64,000 nucleotides of DNA, taken from Deferribacterales bacterium. Its GTDB lineage: Bacteria > Chrysiogenota > Deferribacteres > Deferribacterales > Geovibrionaceae. Every line of letters starts with the position of its first letter. Within the stretch, counting starts at the first letter, position 1. Below the pieces are notes generated by a model, which was not told where the DNA came from, ran no database searches, and saw only the letters and a program-made list of their open reading frames with translations. The stretch covers positions 64,001 to 128,000 of the forward strand of contig JBFWJS010000004.1 in assembly GCA_050253075.1 (NCBI GenBank). The letters are read 5' to 3'. Positions 50,715 through 59,913 of the stretch are shown here, piece by piece. The position numbers were made by a program, and so were the translations under genes.

Positions 50715-51332
50715 CTATTTATTCTTTTCACCGTATCTGGTCAGCGTTATCAGCTCGTAAACCCTTTCCACGTCTGCTTTCAGGCTTTCTAGGTCACCGG
50801 AGTTGTCTATTACATAATGGGCAAATTTCAGCTTTTCGTCCAGAGGCATTTGCGCACGGATTATCTTCTGCGCCTCTTCCTCGGAGATGTTATCCCTCTC
50901 CATCACACGCCTGAGCTGTGTGGCAGGATCGGCGTAGACTACTATCAGCCTGTCGAAACGCTTGTGCGTGCCAGCTTCGATGGCGACTGCTGCCTGTGTT
51001 ATGATTATCGCCTTATCGTCCTGACCTTTTATCCGCCCCACTTCCTTACGCTCGTATTCACGTATGGCGGGCTGGACTATCTGCTCCAGCTTATGCCTCA
51101 TCTCGGGATTGTCGAAAACTATCTGTCGCAGTGCTTTCCTGTCGAGGGTCTTATCCTCTGCCAGCACTCCTTCGCCAAAGGTTTCGACTATCTTTTCATA
51201 TGCTGCTTCATTCGGCTGCATAACGATACGGCTGATGCTGTCCGCATCCAGAACGTAACACCCGAGCTCTTCGAAAAACTTTGCCGCCGTGCTCTTTCCG
51301 CTGGCGATATTACCTGTCAGACCTAAGTACAC
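50715..51332 (-). CDS. coaE: Dephospho-CoA kinase
   Basis: GLTGNIASGKST, DAD, LDR..L...VF, AQMP, VIDNSG. Confidence 0.95.
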   Translation of the reverse strand: MYLGLTGNIASGKSTAAKFFEELGCYVLDADSISRIVMQPNEAAYEKIVETFGEGVLAEDKTLDRKALRQIVFDNPEMRHKLEQIVQPAIREYERKEVGRIKGQDDKAIIITQAAVAIEAGTHKRFDRLIVVYADPATQLRRVMERDNISEEEAQKIIRAQMPLDEKLKFAHYVIDNSGDLESLKADVERVYELITLTRYGEKNK

Positions 51333-51342
51333 AAATCACCGT

Positions 51343-51585
51343 TTAAACTTCGTATATCTTTCTATAGATTGCTATTTTCTGCTCATCTGTGAGAGTGCTC
51401 ACAAGGATGCACAGCTCGTCTGGCTGATACCCTTTGCACCCCCACGGGCGGGTTTCATATATGGTGCAGAGGTTTTCTTCTGAGAGGTATTTGCACCTCT
51501 CCCCCGCTTTTTTATCTATCTCTTTTATGTCGAATGCCGTACAGCACGTACCGCATAGCTGACATTCTATCTTTTTATCGCTCAT
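51343..51585 (-). CDS. YkgJ family CxxCxxCC cysteine-cluster protein
   Basis: CQLCGTCC, C.YL....C.IYE.RP..C. Confidence 0.88.
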   Translation of the reverse strand: MSDKKIECQLCGTCCTAFDIKEIDKKAGERCKYLSEENLCTIYETRPWGCKGYQPDELCILVSTLTDEQKIAIYRKIYEV

Positions 51586-51596
51586 AGGATACACAT

Positions 51597-51648
51597 GTCA
51601 TACTGAGGCTTTCCGTATGCTCAGATTCTTCACTTTGTTCGGAATGAC
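51597..51648. repeat. REP-like element
   Basis: gtcatactgag...agattcttcactttgttcggaatgac. Confidence 0.65.
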
Positions 51649-52412
51649 TAATTTTCGTCATTGACTATTTTATTCGTCAGCCTGCCGATGCCGTCTATCT
51701 CTACCTCGACAATATCGCCTGCGTCCACTCTGCCCACTCCGGCTGGTGTCCCCGTGGCGATGACATCACCGGGGAGGAGAGTCATTATACCGCTCATAAA
51801 CTCGATGATGGTGGGTATGTCGAATATCATGAGGTCTGTTGTGCCGTCCTGCACGACCTCGCCGTTCTTATATGTTTTCACCCTTGCATTGCGCCAGTCG
51901 AAGTCTGTCTCGATGAACGGTCCGATGGGTGCGAATGAGTCGAATGACTTCGCACGGGTGAACTTAGTATCTATCTTCTGCAGGTCTCTCGCCGTGTAGT
52001 CGTTCATGCATGTGAATCCGAAGATGACGCTTTCGGCATCCTCACGCTTCACTTTTCTGCATTTTTTACCTATCACGATGGCGAGCTCCCCTTCATAGTC
52101 CACCTGCTCTGATTCGGCGGGGATGACGACATACGCCCCGTGAGAATTCACAGCAGTGGAAGGCTTGAGGAATATCATAGGTATCTCGGGCACGTCGTTG
52201 CCGAGCTCTTTTGCATGGGCTACATAGTTTCTCGCTATGCATGGGAACTTGGAAGGGAGCACAGGGGGGAGAAACTCAACGCTGTCCACATCATGCTCTT
52301 TATCCGTTATGACATAGTCGTCAAACATCGAGCCTTCGATCTCTTTTATCTTTCCGTCTACTAAGACACCTTTCTTCTCTACTTTTCCTTCTTTGAATCT
52401 GCAAAATTTCAT
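51648..52412 (-). CDS. Fumarylacetoacetate hydrolase family protein
   Basis: RNY.AH..E, FLKP, DYEGEL, ND.TARDLQ, AKSFD.F.P.GP, PGDVIATGTPAGVG; ATG at 52412. Confidence 0.93.
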   Translation of the reverse strand: MKFCRFKEGKVEKKGVLVDGKIKEIEGSMFDDYVITDKEHDVDSVEFLPPVLPSKFPCIARNYVAHAKELGNDVPEIPMIFLKPSTAVNSHGAYVVIPAESEQVDYEGELAIVIGKKCRKVKREDAESVIFGFTCMNDYTARDLQKIDTKFTRAKSFDSFAPIGPFIETDFDWRNARVKTYKNGEVVQDGTTDLMIFDIPTIIEFMSGIMTLLPGDVIATGTPAGVGRVDAGDIVEVEIDGIGRLTNKIVNDEN

Positions 52413-52427
52413 AAGTATCTCCGAAAA

Positions 52428-52520
52428 GTCATTACGAACGGAGCGAAACACTCTTCCTTTTCAGAACATTATAGATTCGGAAGACTGCCGCATCGGACAC
52501 GAAGCCCTCCTCGCAGTGAC
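52428..52520. repeat. REP-like element (right part is an inverted copy of the 4179 arm)
   Basis: Reverse complement of 52482-52520 = gtcactgcgaggagggcttcgtgtccgatgcggcagtct. Confidence 0.7.
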
Positions 52521-52529
52521 ATGATAAGT

Positions 52530-53699
52530 TTATTGTAAATATTTGCCTTTGATATAGTCTGCGGCCTTTTCCAGAGTATTCAGCTCGCCCGATGCCATCA
52601 TCGGCTTAACTTCTTTCAGAATCTCGCCCATCATCGGCCCCGGTGCAACGCCTATTTCCTGAAGGAGTGCTCCGTTCAGCCTTTCGGGCAGGTTAAAGTT
52701 TATGTAAGGAAGCTGGGACATGATCTTGAATTCCTTGTCCTCCACCTCTTCCTCTGCGACACCGTCGCATTTCGACTTTATCATATACAGCTTTACGCCG
52801 TCGTCAAGCTCGTCGGGATATTCATATATAAGTTTTCTTATGGCGATGTTGTTTTCCCTCGGCAGTATATTGCCCAGCTCTGATGCAAAATGCGCGATGC
52901 GTGCCGCTTTTTTCTTCATAGCATTGGGGAAATTCAGCCGTGAAGCCAGCTTTTCCTTCTCTTCCTTATCCAGACGGCAAAAGAGCGACGAAGCAAAGAA
53001 AACAAGCCCTCTGCCTGCGCATGAGGCCTCTTCGTCATAGCAGTCGCATGCTATACCGCCTGTCATAATGCGGAAAACACCGCTGTCTTCCATAGCTTTC
53101 AGAGCATCACATGCGTATCCGCCCTTAAACAGCTTGTCCACCTCTCCGTATATCCTCTCGGATGCGGTCTGTTCGAGGAGATGTCTCTCACGGAATATCT
53201 TATTCAGTGAGTCCTGATCTATTATAAAGCCGAGCTGAGACATAAACCTGAAAGCACGGAGTATGCGTATCGGGTCGTCTGAAAATGTCTCTTCGCCTAT
53301 GTGTCTGATTATCTTGTTGTCGAGGTCGCTTCTGTCGCCGTAGACGTTTCCGCCCGTATCCATGGCTAGGTTGTTTATGGTGAAGTCCCTCTTTGTAAGG
53401 TCATCGGCGAGCTTTTCGCCCCTTGGTTTAGAGATGTCTATCTCTGTCATGCCTCGGACGAGGCGTATATTATCTTTAAATTCCACCCACACGGAAGGCA
53501 CTGCCTCCTTCACCGCAGATGCGAAATCTTTATAATCGTGGGAGAAACATACGAGGTCTATATCCTGTATCTCTCGGCCGAGAAGGATATCACGGACGCA
53601 TCCGCCTACGAAATATGCGTCGAACCCGCCATCCAGAATAACCTTTTTCAGCTCTGAAAAGAACGGAATCTTCAAAAGATCATTATGCATGGCAAGCAT
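52530..53699 (-). CDS. cca: Class II tRNA nucleotidyltransferase, probably CC-adding
   Basis: VGGCVRD..LG...DIDL, DL.KRDFTIN, DDPIRILRAFRF, SERI; flexible loop before motif B is absent. Confidence 0.88.
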   Translation of the reverse strand: MLAMHNDLLKIPFFSELKKVILDGGFDAYFVGGCVRDILLGREIQDIDLVCFSHDYKDFASAVKEAVPSVWVEFKDNIRLVRGMTEIDISKPRGEKLADDLTKRDFTINNLAMDTGGNVYGDRSDLDNKIIRHIGEETFSDDPIRILRAFRFMSQLGFIIDQDSLNKIFRERHLLEQTASERIYGEVDKLFKGGYACDALKAMEDSGVFRIMTGGIACDCYDEEASCAGRGLVFFASSLFCRLDKEEKEKLASRLNFPNAMKKKAARIAHFASELGNILPRENNIAIRKLIYEYPDELDDGVKLYMIKSKCDGVAEEEVEDKEFKIMSQLPYINFNLPERLNGALLQEIGVAPGPMMGEILKEVKPMMASGELNTLEKAADYIKGKYLQ

Positions 53700-53802
53700 T
53701 TCTCAGGCTCCGACGGCTCTTTTCATTGTTGACACCGTCTCCTATGCTAAAATAAAATATACACCTAGTACGCAAAACGTACCTCCACACTAAGGACATG
53801 AA

Positions 53803-54291
53803 ATGAACATACTTATAATATCAGATACACATACCGATTCAATAACAAAACTCCCAATGTCGGTAAGAGATGAGGCAGGCAAAGCTGATGCTATCATCCA
53901 CGCAGGAGATGTCGTCGGTTTTAAGGTCATACACGACCTTAAACATATTAACCCAAATGTCTACGCCGTGAAAGGGAATATGGACCCTGCACTTGGTGAA
54001 GATTACCTTCCGATAAAGCAAGTCATTGAGATAGAAGGAGTAAAGATAGGAATTTCCCACGGCGAAGGGAGCCCCCACGGGATAGAAAACAGACTGCTCT
54101 ATACATTCGAAGAGGACAATGTGGACATCATCATCTTCGGACATACGCACAAGCCCTTCTGGGGCGTTATCGGCGGCGTACACTTCCTGAACCCGGGAAG
54201 CCCGACGAATAAACGCACCGAGCAGTATCACACATACGCCGTGCTCACAGTCGAAGACGGCAAGTTCCACGCAGAGATAAAGAGGGTATGA
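53803..54291 (+). CDS. YfcE family metallophosphoesterase
   Basis: SDTH, HAGD, GNMD, HG, GHTH, NPGS. Confidence 0.93.
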   Translation: MNILIISDTHTDSITKLPMSVRDEAGKADAIIHAGDVVGFKVIHDLKHINPNVYAVKGNMDPALGEDYLPIKQVIEIEGVKIGISHGEGSPHGIENRLLYTFEEDNVDIIIFGHTHKPFWGVIGGVHFLNPGSPTNKRTEQYHTYAVLTVEDGKFHAEIKRV

Positions 54292-55640
54292 TGAAAATAG
54301 CTATAATAGGTGCGGGCAGCGCAGGCATGACCGCCGCATATAACTTTCTGGATAAAGATATCGAAGTCGACATGTTTGAAAAAGGGAACGGGCTGGAGAC
54401 CAGAAACCGTAACGAAGTGATGGAAGGATTCGGCGGTGCGGGGGCATACTCCGACGGGAAGCTGACCCTCACCACGGAATACGGCGGATGGCTGACAGAC
54501 TATATGCCCGAATCCGAGCTGGAAGCACTGATAGACGAAGCGGACAAGATGTGGAAGGAGATCAGCGGTGTGCTCGATCTCTCCTCAGGCGGAGACTATG
54601 ACACCACAAAACAGCTCCAGTATGAGTGTTCGCAGAACAGGCTGAAGCTATACCCCGCAAAGATACGCCACCTCGGCACAGACAACTGCCTCCTCTTCAT
54701 CAAGCGGATATACGAGATGGTAAAAGGTGCGAAAAACATAAACCTGATATGTAATGCAGACGTCACCGACCTGATAGTCGAAAACGACGCAGTGAAAGGG
54801 ATAGAGGTAAACATAAACGGCGGTGTCGAAAAGAGATATTACGACAAAGTGATAGTCGGTGTCGGCAGAAGCGGGAACGCATGGATGCAGGACATGGTGC
54901 GTAAATACGGCATAAAGAACGACCTGAACCCCGTGGATATCGGCGTCAGAGTCGAGGTGCCCCGCTCTATCACGGATAAATACACCGACAACCTTTACGA
55001 ATTTAAAATAAAATATTTCACCAGCGAGTTCGAAGACGAGGTACGCACCTTCTGCGTGAACCCGGGCGGATTCATCTCCATCGAAAAGAATACGGGCGGA
55101 CTTCTCACCGTGAACGGACACAGCTATAAAAACCGCCACAGCGAAAACACAAACTTTGCCCTGCTGGTTTCCACAAAATTTACCGAGCCGTTCGACGAAC
55201 CGCTCAAATACGGCAGGTATATAGCAAACCTTTCAAACATGCTGGCAGGCGGAGACAACATCATCGTACAGAGATTCGGCGATCTGAAAAGGGGCAGACG
55301 CTCCACCGAAAGCCGCATCAGGAAAAATACCGTACAGCCCACGCTGGACGCACTGCCCGGCGATTTATCATTCGTGCTGCCGTACAGATATCTCTATAAC
55401 CTGATAGAAACTATCGAACAGCTGGACAAGGTTATGCCGGGGATGGCATATCCAGACACATTATTATACGGTGTGGAGGTAAAGTTTTACTCCGTGCGTA
55501 TAAAAGTGGATAAGCACATGAGATCCGAATCCCTCGAAAACCTGTACTGCACAGGGGACGGAGCAGGACTCACCCGAGGCATCATACAGGCGAGCGTCTC
55601 AGGGCTCATCGCAGCAAAGGATATTTTGGGAATAAATTAA
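54288..55640 (+). CDS. FAD-dependent oxidoreductase
   Basis: IIGAGSAG, GFGGAGAYSDGKL, RHLGTD, DIGVRVE, VRTFC.NPGG, GDGAG.TRG. Confidence 0.88.
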   Translation: MMKIAIIGAGSAGMTAAYNFLDKDIEVDMFEKGNGLETRNRNEVMEGFGGAGAYSDGKLTLTTEYGGWLTDYMPESELEALIDEADKMWKEISGVLDLSSGGDYDTTKQLQYECSQNRLKLYPAKIRHLGTDNCLLFIKRIYEMVKGAKNINLICNADVTDLIVENDAVKGIEVNINGGVEKRYYDKVIVGVGRSGNAWMQDMVRKYGIKNDLNPVDIGVRVEVPRSITDKYTDNLYEFKIKYFTSEFEDEVRTFCVNPGGFISIEKNTGGLLTVNGHSYKNRHSENTNFALLVSTKFTEPFDEPLKYGRYIANLSNMLAGGDNIIVQRFGDLKRGRRSTESRIRKNTVQPTLDALPGDLSFVLPYRYLYNLIETIEQLDKVMPGMAYPDTLLYGVEVKFYSVRIKVDKHMRSESLENLYCTGDGAGLTRGIIQASVSGLIAAKDILGIN

Positions 55641-55641
55641 A

Positions 55642-55667
55642 AAGGATACGGTTTTCGCCGTATCCTT
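55642..55667. terminator. Terminator hairpin between convergent genes
   Basis: aaggatacgg-ttttcg-ccgtatcctt. Confidence 0.7.
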
Positions 55668-55671
55668 CTCT

Positions 55672-56049
55672 TTAAAGCTGTGTGGATGCTTTTTCAACGT
55701 GGACTACAAGAGCGCCGCGTGACCAGACGAATTTTTCCTTCATGATATCGGCAAATCTGCCTTCGTTCTGAACTTCGGCTGTCCCTTTGAGGAAGCATCC
55801 TTTGCCCGCACTGTTTGCTCCCATCACTTGTCTGGTCCCGCATAAAAGCTCGATCTTGTTATTAACCGCCAGATTCTTGCTTGTCTTGACATATCCGCCC
55901 ACAGGGATGAGAATCGTGTCTTCCTCTATAAACTCAAGATAGTCGCACCATGTACCGACAACGTGTGCGCCCTCTTCCCCCTCTGTGGCTATGGCTATCC
56001 ATTCTGATTTGTTGATTATTTCCAGATGCTTTTCAGTTATTACAGACAT
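55672..56049 (-). CDS. Pyridoxamine 5'-phosphate oxidase-like FMN-binding protein
   Basis: IAT....HVV.TW, KT..NL..N..I.L, KG.A split-barrel pattern. Confidence 0.82.
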   Translation of the reverse strand: MSVITEKHLEIINKSEWIAIATEGEEGAHVVGTWCDYLEFIEEDTILIPVGGYVKTSKNLAVNNKIELLCGTRQVMGANSAGKGCFLKGTAEVQNEGRFADIMKEKFVWSRGALVVHVEKASTQL

Positions 56050-56092
56050 TATATTCCTCCGACATGATTTATATCGGGAATATAGACCCTGT

Positions 56093-56944
56093 CTATTTTT
56101 CTTGATTGTATAAACGGGACATCTTTTTGTCGGAATGATATTCTTTCGGCGTGAGGTTCACGACGTCTTTGAACTCTTTGATAAAATGTGCCTGATCATA
56201 ATATTCACATTCATAACCCACTGTGGTCAATGACACTTCGTCCTTGTCCCGCATTAGCGATCTCGCCTTTGCTATGCGTGCTATTCTCAGATACTGCTTA
56301 GGGGTCAGCCCTGCTTCCTGCTTGAATTTCCTGCTGAACTGCCGTCTGGATAAAGCAAATTTTGATGCGATATCCTCTACGGATTCATTCCCGCCGCAGT
56401 CGTTGATGTGGTCTATCACTCTGAGTATCCAGGCTTTCTCCGCTGTGAGATGCTCTCGGAAAACATTCATGAGAAAGCTGTCGAGCAGCTTTGTCTTTTC
56501 ATCAAACCCGACGGCATTGAGTATTTCATCATACACCGTTGACAGCCCCTGAATAACGCTGTCATCCACAGCACCGATGCTGTTAATATTCTCTTTCAGA
56601 AAGTCGTCAAGGATGAGAGATGACACACCGGGGAAGAATCTTATGCCGACGGCATCGACCCTGTGCTTCAGCTTTAGGAGAACTGTCTGGTCGGTGACAC
56701 CCGTAAAGACTGTTTTCCCCTTTACGAGGCAGGTTTCTTCGCCTGAGTATATGATGAACGGAGTGCCAAAATTAAGGACAAAGCCTGAACCGCCGTCTGA
56801 GATTATCTTATTTATCATCGGCTCACGGAGCCTTTCATCAGTTTTTATAAACCAGTAGCACTGGATAAACCCCTTAAGCTGTTCGCACGGCTCAGTCATG
56901 ACAAACCCGATGGCATTAAGACCTTTATCCTGTTTCCTGATCAC
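56093..56944 (-). CDS. AraC family transcriptional regulator
   Basis: P...L..FI.CYW, GIRF.P, S.RQF.RKF...GLTPKQY.RI.R, YYDQAHF.KEFK; start uncertain (GTG 56944). Confidence 0.9.
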   Translation of the reverse strand: MIRKQDKGLNAIGFVMTEPCEQLKGFIQCYWFIKTDERLREPMINKIISDGGSGFVLNFGTPFIIYSGEETCLVKGKTVFTGVTDQTVLLKLKHRVDAVGIRFFPGVSSLILDDFLKENINSIGAVDDSVIQGLSTVYDEILNAVGFDEKTKLLDSFLMNVFREHLTAEKAWILRVIDHINDCGGNESVEDIASKFALSRRQFSRKFKQEAGLTPKQYLRIARIAKARSLMRDKDEVSLTTVGYECEYYDQAHFIKEFKDVVNLTPKEYHSDKKMSRLYNQEK

Positions 56945-56985
56945 ATCTGCACCTTTACTATATAGATATCTACGCAAATGCCGTA

Positions 56986-57042
56986 AATAAAAAACTCCCG
57001 TCGGCGGGTTTGCTGGCTAAAGCAAACACCCAACAGGAGTTT
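56986..57042 (-). terminator. Long hairpin terminator after 57070-57312
   Basis: aaactcc...gtttgct-ggcta-aagcaaac...ggagttt followed on the minus strand by a T tract. Confidence 0.55.
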
Positions 57043-57069
57043 ATATACTTATTTAATTTTACGCCGATA

Positions 57070-57312
57070 TCAGAAGATAGCGTGCTTCACTATGCTTCCC
57101 AGCGAATCCGGTCCTTCTATCTTATATGACTGCTTTCCGTTCAGTACAACCATAGGAGGATTAATAGTGCCATAGCTCTCCGGTGCTGTCTCTTCGGAAA
57201 TATCGAGTAAGTAGATATCAGCCTTATCACCATATTTCTCTTTCATTTCGTCAGCTTTTCCCGGAGTCTCATTATCTACCGAACCGTCATAAAATATCTC
57301 TATTTTTAACAT
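57070..57312 (-). CDS. Hypothetical small protein, possible Cys-less thioredoxin-like fold
   Basis: AGGAGG RBS, 80 aa, KIEIFY...YG...PP.VVLNG pattern. Confidence 0.7.
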   Translation of the reverse strand: MLKIEIFYDGSVDNETPGKADEMKEKYGDKADIYLLDISEETAPESYGTINPPMVVLNGKQSYKIEGPDSLGSIVKHAIF

Positions 57313-57538
57313 AATGGACCTCCTTATAAAAAATATGCCGAAACATTGTCTTATACTACTATTATAGCACTCTTATAAATGTCTGCAACCTCACCCGATT
57401 TTTCAATGAATATACAAAACCTACAAAAAGGGTATAATATATAGTCTGAATAGACTGATGGCTGATTGACTTGTGTTTTCGACTGTAGTATTTTAAAAAT
57501 CTGCGTTCGAAAATTTATACCCTGAGAGGTTTTAAGCG

Positions 57539-58687
57539 ATGCTTAAGAAATATCTTATCGCACCCGGGCCCACACCTGTGCCTGAGAGGGTGCTTCTGGA
57601 GATGGCGAAACCTGTCATCCACCATAGAACCAGTGAATTTGAAGCGATTTTCGGCAAAGTGGCAGAGGGTCTCAAAGCTGTGTTTAACACAAAGCAGGAT
57701 GTCCTCATGCTCGCAGGCAGCGGTACAGCAGCCATGGAAGCAGCCGTCATCAACACTCTGAACCCGGGCGACAGCGTGCTCGTCGTCGATGCGGGTAAAT
57801 TCGGCCAGAGATGGCGGGACATTTGTAAAACATACGGTATAAACGTATCATCCATCGAGCTCGACTGGGGCAGATCCGTTAAGGCTGAAATGATAGAAGA
57901 ATTCCTCAGTGCAAACCCTGAGACAAAAGCTGTCCTCATGCAGGGGAGCGAAACATCCACAACAGCGTATCACCCTGTGGAGGATATCGCAAAAGTTGTT
58001 TCCAAAAGGGACAACTGCCTTTTCATCGTGGACGGCATCACATCCATCGGCGTACACGAGACAAAATTCGACGAGTGGGGCATAGACATAGCAGTGACAG
58101 GCTCACAAAAGGCCTTTATGCTGCCGCCCGGGCTCTCATTCATATGTCTCAGCGAAAAGGCGTGGAGATTCGCAGAGAGCTCCACAATACCCAAATACTA
58201 CCTTAATCTGAAAAAAGAGCTCAAATCCCAGAGCAAGAACACCACAGCATACACACCTGCCACCACCCTCATATCAGGGCTCGCAGAGGTGCTGAAAATG
58301 TTTATGGAAGAGGGACTTGAGAACGTATATAAACGTCACGCCGTAAATGCGGAAGCAACAAGAGCGGCCATCACGGCTATGGGCTTCGAGCTTCTTGCCG
58401 AGGTTCCTTCGAACGCTGCCACAGGCTTTTACCTGCCTGAGAGCATCGACGGAGGCAAGCTCGTGAAATTTATGCGTGAGAAAGTGGGCATAACATACGC
58501 CGGCGGTCAGGATCACCTGAAAGGCAGGATAGTGCGTGTCTCCCACCTCGGATACCACGACGCTTTCGACACCATCACAGCCATAAGCGGGCTTGAGATG
58601 GGACTGCGCAATATGGGATACGACCTCAAGCTCGGCACAGGCGTTGCCGCCGCAGAGGAAGTTCTGCAGAGCTACATAGGCGAATAA
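57539..58687 (+). CDS. Class V PLP aminotransferase (serine-pyruvate / alanine-glyoxylate family)
   Basis: PGPTPVP, HHRT, SGTAAME, GKFG.RW, ETST, GSQKAFMLPPGL, R.SHLG. Confidence 0.93.
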   Translation: MLKKYLIAPGPTPVPERVLLEMAKPVIHHRTSEFEAIFGKVAEGLKAVFNTKQDVLMLAGSGTAAMEAAVINTLNPGDSVLVVDAGKFGQRWRDICKTYGINVSSIELDWGRSVKAEMIEEFLSANPETKAVLMQGSETSTTAYHPVEDIAKVVSKRDNCLFIVDGITSIGVHETKFDEWGIDIAVTGSQKAFMLPPGLSFICLSEKAWRFAESSTIPKYYLNLKKELKSQSKNTTAYTPATTLISGLAEVLKMFMEEGLENVYKRHAVNAEATRAAITAMGFELLAEVPSNAATGFYLPESIDGGKLVKFMREKVGITYAGGQDHLKGRIVRVSHLGYHDAFDTITAISGLEMGLRNMGYDLKLGTGVAAAEEVLQSYIGE

Positions 58688-58699
58688 AATATCTTACAA

Positions 58700-58758
58700 G
58701 TCATTCTGAGCCAAAGCGAAGAATCTGTTTTCAGATCCTTCATTACATTCAGGATGAC
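58700..58758. repeat. REP-like element (full length)
   Basis: gtcattctgagccaaagcgaagaatctg-tttt-cagatccttcattacattcaggatgac. Confidence 0.8.
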
Positions 58759-58776
58759 GAATACGATGGAGAATAA

Positions 58777-59901
58777 ATGACTGGAAAGATGATGCCGAAT
58801 GCGGCGGGGAACATAGCTCCGGGCAGATCGGTAAAGATGAACAAGATCGAGCAGAGCATCAAAAACTCTGTTCTCGCATACGGATACATGGAGATATTCC
58901 TCCCTGTCTACGAATACTATGACATCCTGAAGGAGACCACGTTCAACTTCAAGGATGAGAACACCATCAGATTCATAGACAGAAACACAGGCAAATCTCT
59001 TGTGCTCCGCCCCGACTTCACACCTCAGGCGGCCAGATATTTTGCCAACTATATGGCAGACTTCCCGCTCCCTGCAAGGGTATGCTACAACGGGCGTGTG
59101 TTCAGAAACGTAAACCTGAACAAAGGGATAAAATCCGAACAGCTTCAGGTGGGTGCTGAGCTCTACGGCAACGACATGCTCGATGCCGACACAGAGCTGC
59201 TGCTCCTTGCGAAGCGTGCATTCGACACACTCGGCATCAAAGGCTGTAAATATGTCTTCGGACACAGCAAATTCACCAGCAGAGCACTCGAGCTCGCAGG
59301 GGAAAAGAAAGAGGCATACCACAAACTGCTCGACGCAAAGAACGTTGCCTCCATCAGACAGATGATAAAAGGCGACAGCGATGCGGAGAAATTTCTCCTC
59401 TTCCTTCCTATGGCTTTCGGCGGGATAGAGACCATCGAAAAGATCATAGACGCTTGTGCATTTGACGAAGAGATGTCTGAGCATATACAATATATTAAGG
59501 CACTCTTTAAAAATCTGATCAGCCTCGGCTTCGACAGAGAAGACCTTGTCTTCGACGCATCAGAATCCAGAGGGCTGGACTATTACACAGGTATCACATT
59601 TGACATCCTCCACGCTGAGGTCGGCGAAACGCTGGCAGGCGGAGGACGTTATGACAACCTCACGAAGAACTTCGGCCGTGATGTACCCGCATGCGGTGTC
59701 GTGTTCAACATTGAGGAGATATACAGAGTAGATAAATCCGACATAAAGCTGAAAGAAATAGACTGGCTTGTGGTCGGCAGAGAAAATTTCGCCAAGTGCG
59801 AGCATCTCCGCAGCGAGAACTTCACTGTTTTCTACGCAGGGGACGAGAAAGAAAAATCCGAGCTCGAGAAGAGCTATAGTTTCCGAAATATACTTTCATA
59901 G
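58777..59901 (+). CDS. hisZ: ATP phosphoribosyltransferase regulatory subunit
   Basis: HisRS-like LRPDFTPQ.AR, R.CY.G.VFR, Q.GAE, YYTG..F, GGGRYD; precedes purA. Confidence 0.9.
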   Translation: MTGKMMPNAAGNIAPGRSVKMNKIEQSIKNSVLAYGYMEIFLPVYEYYDILKETTFNFKDENTIRFIDRNTGKSLVLRPDFTPQAARYFANYMADFPLPARVCYNGRVFRNVNLNKGIKSEQLQVGAELYGNDMLDADTELLLLAKRAFDTLGIKGCKYVFGHSKFTSRALELAGEKKEAYHKLLDAKNVASIRQMIKGDSDAEKFLLFLPMAFGGIETIEKIIDACAFDEEMSEHIQYIKALFKNLISLGFDREDLVFDASESRGLDYYTGITFDILHAEVGETLAGGGRYDNLTKNFGRDVPACGVVFNIEEIYRVDKSDIKLKEIDWLVVGRENFAKCEHLRSENFTVFYAGDEKEKSELEKSYSFRNILS

Positions 59902-59913
59902 AGGTAAAAGCAA

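Noticed and set aside
55672..56977. AraC/FMN-protein pair as a mobile island
   Set aside because: No transposase, integrase or flanking direct repeats were seen
57049..57072. Selenocysteine read-through of the TGA ending the 80-aa protein
   Set aside because: Only five codons follow before a TAA, there is no redox-motif context, and no convincing SECIS lies directly after the TGA
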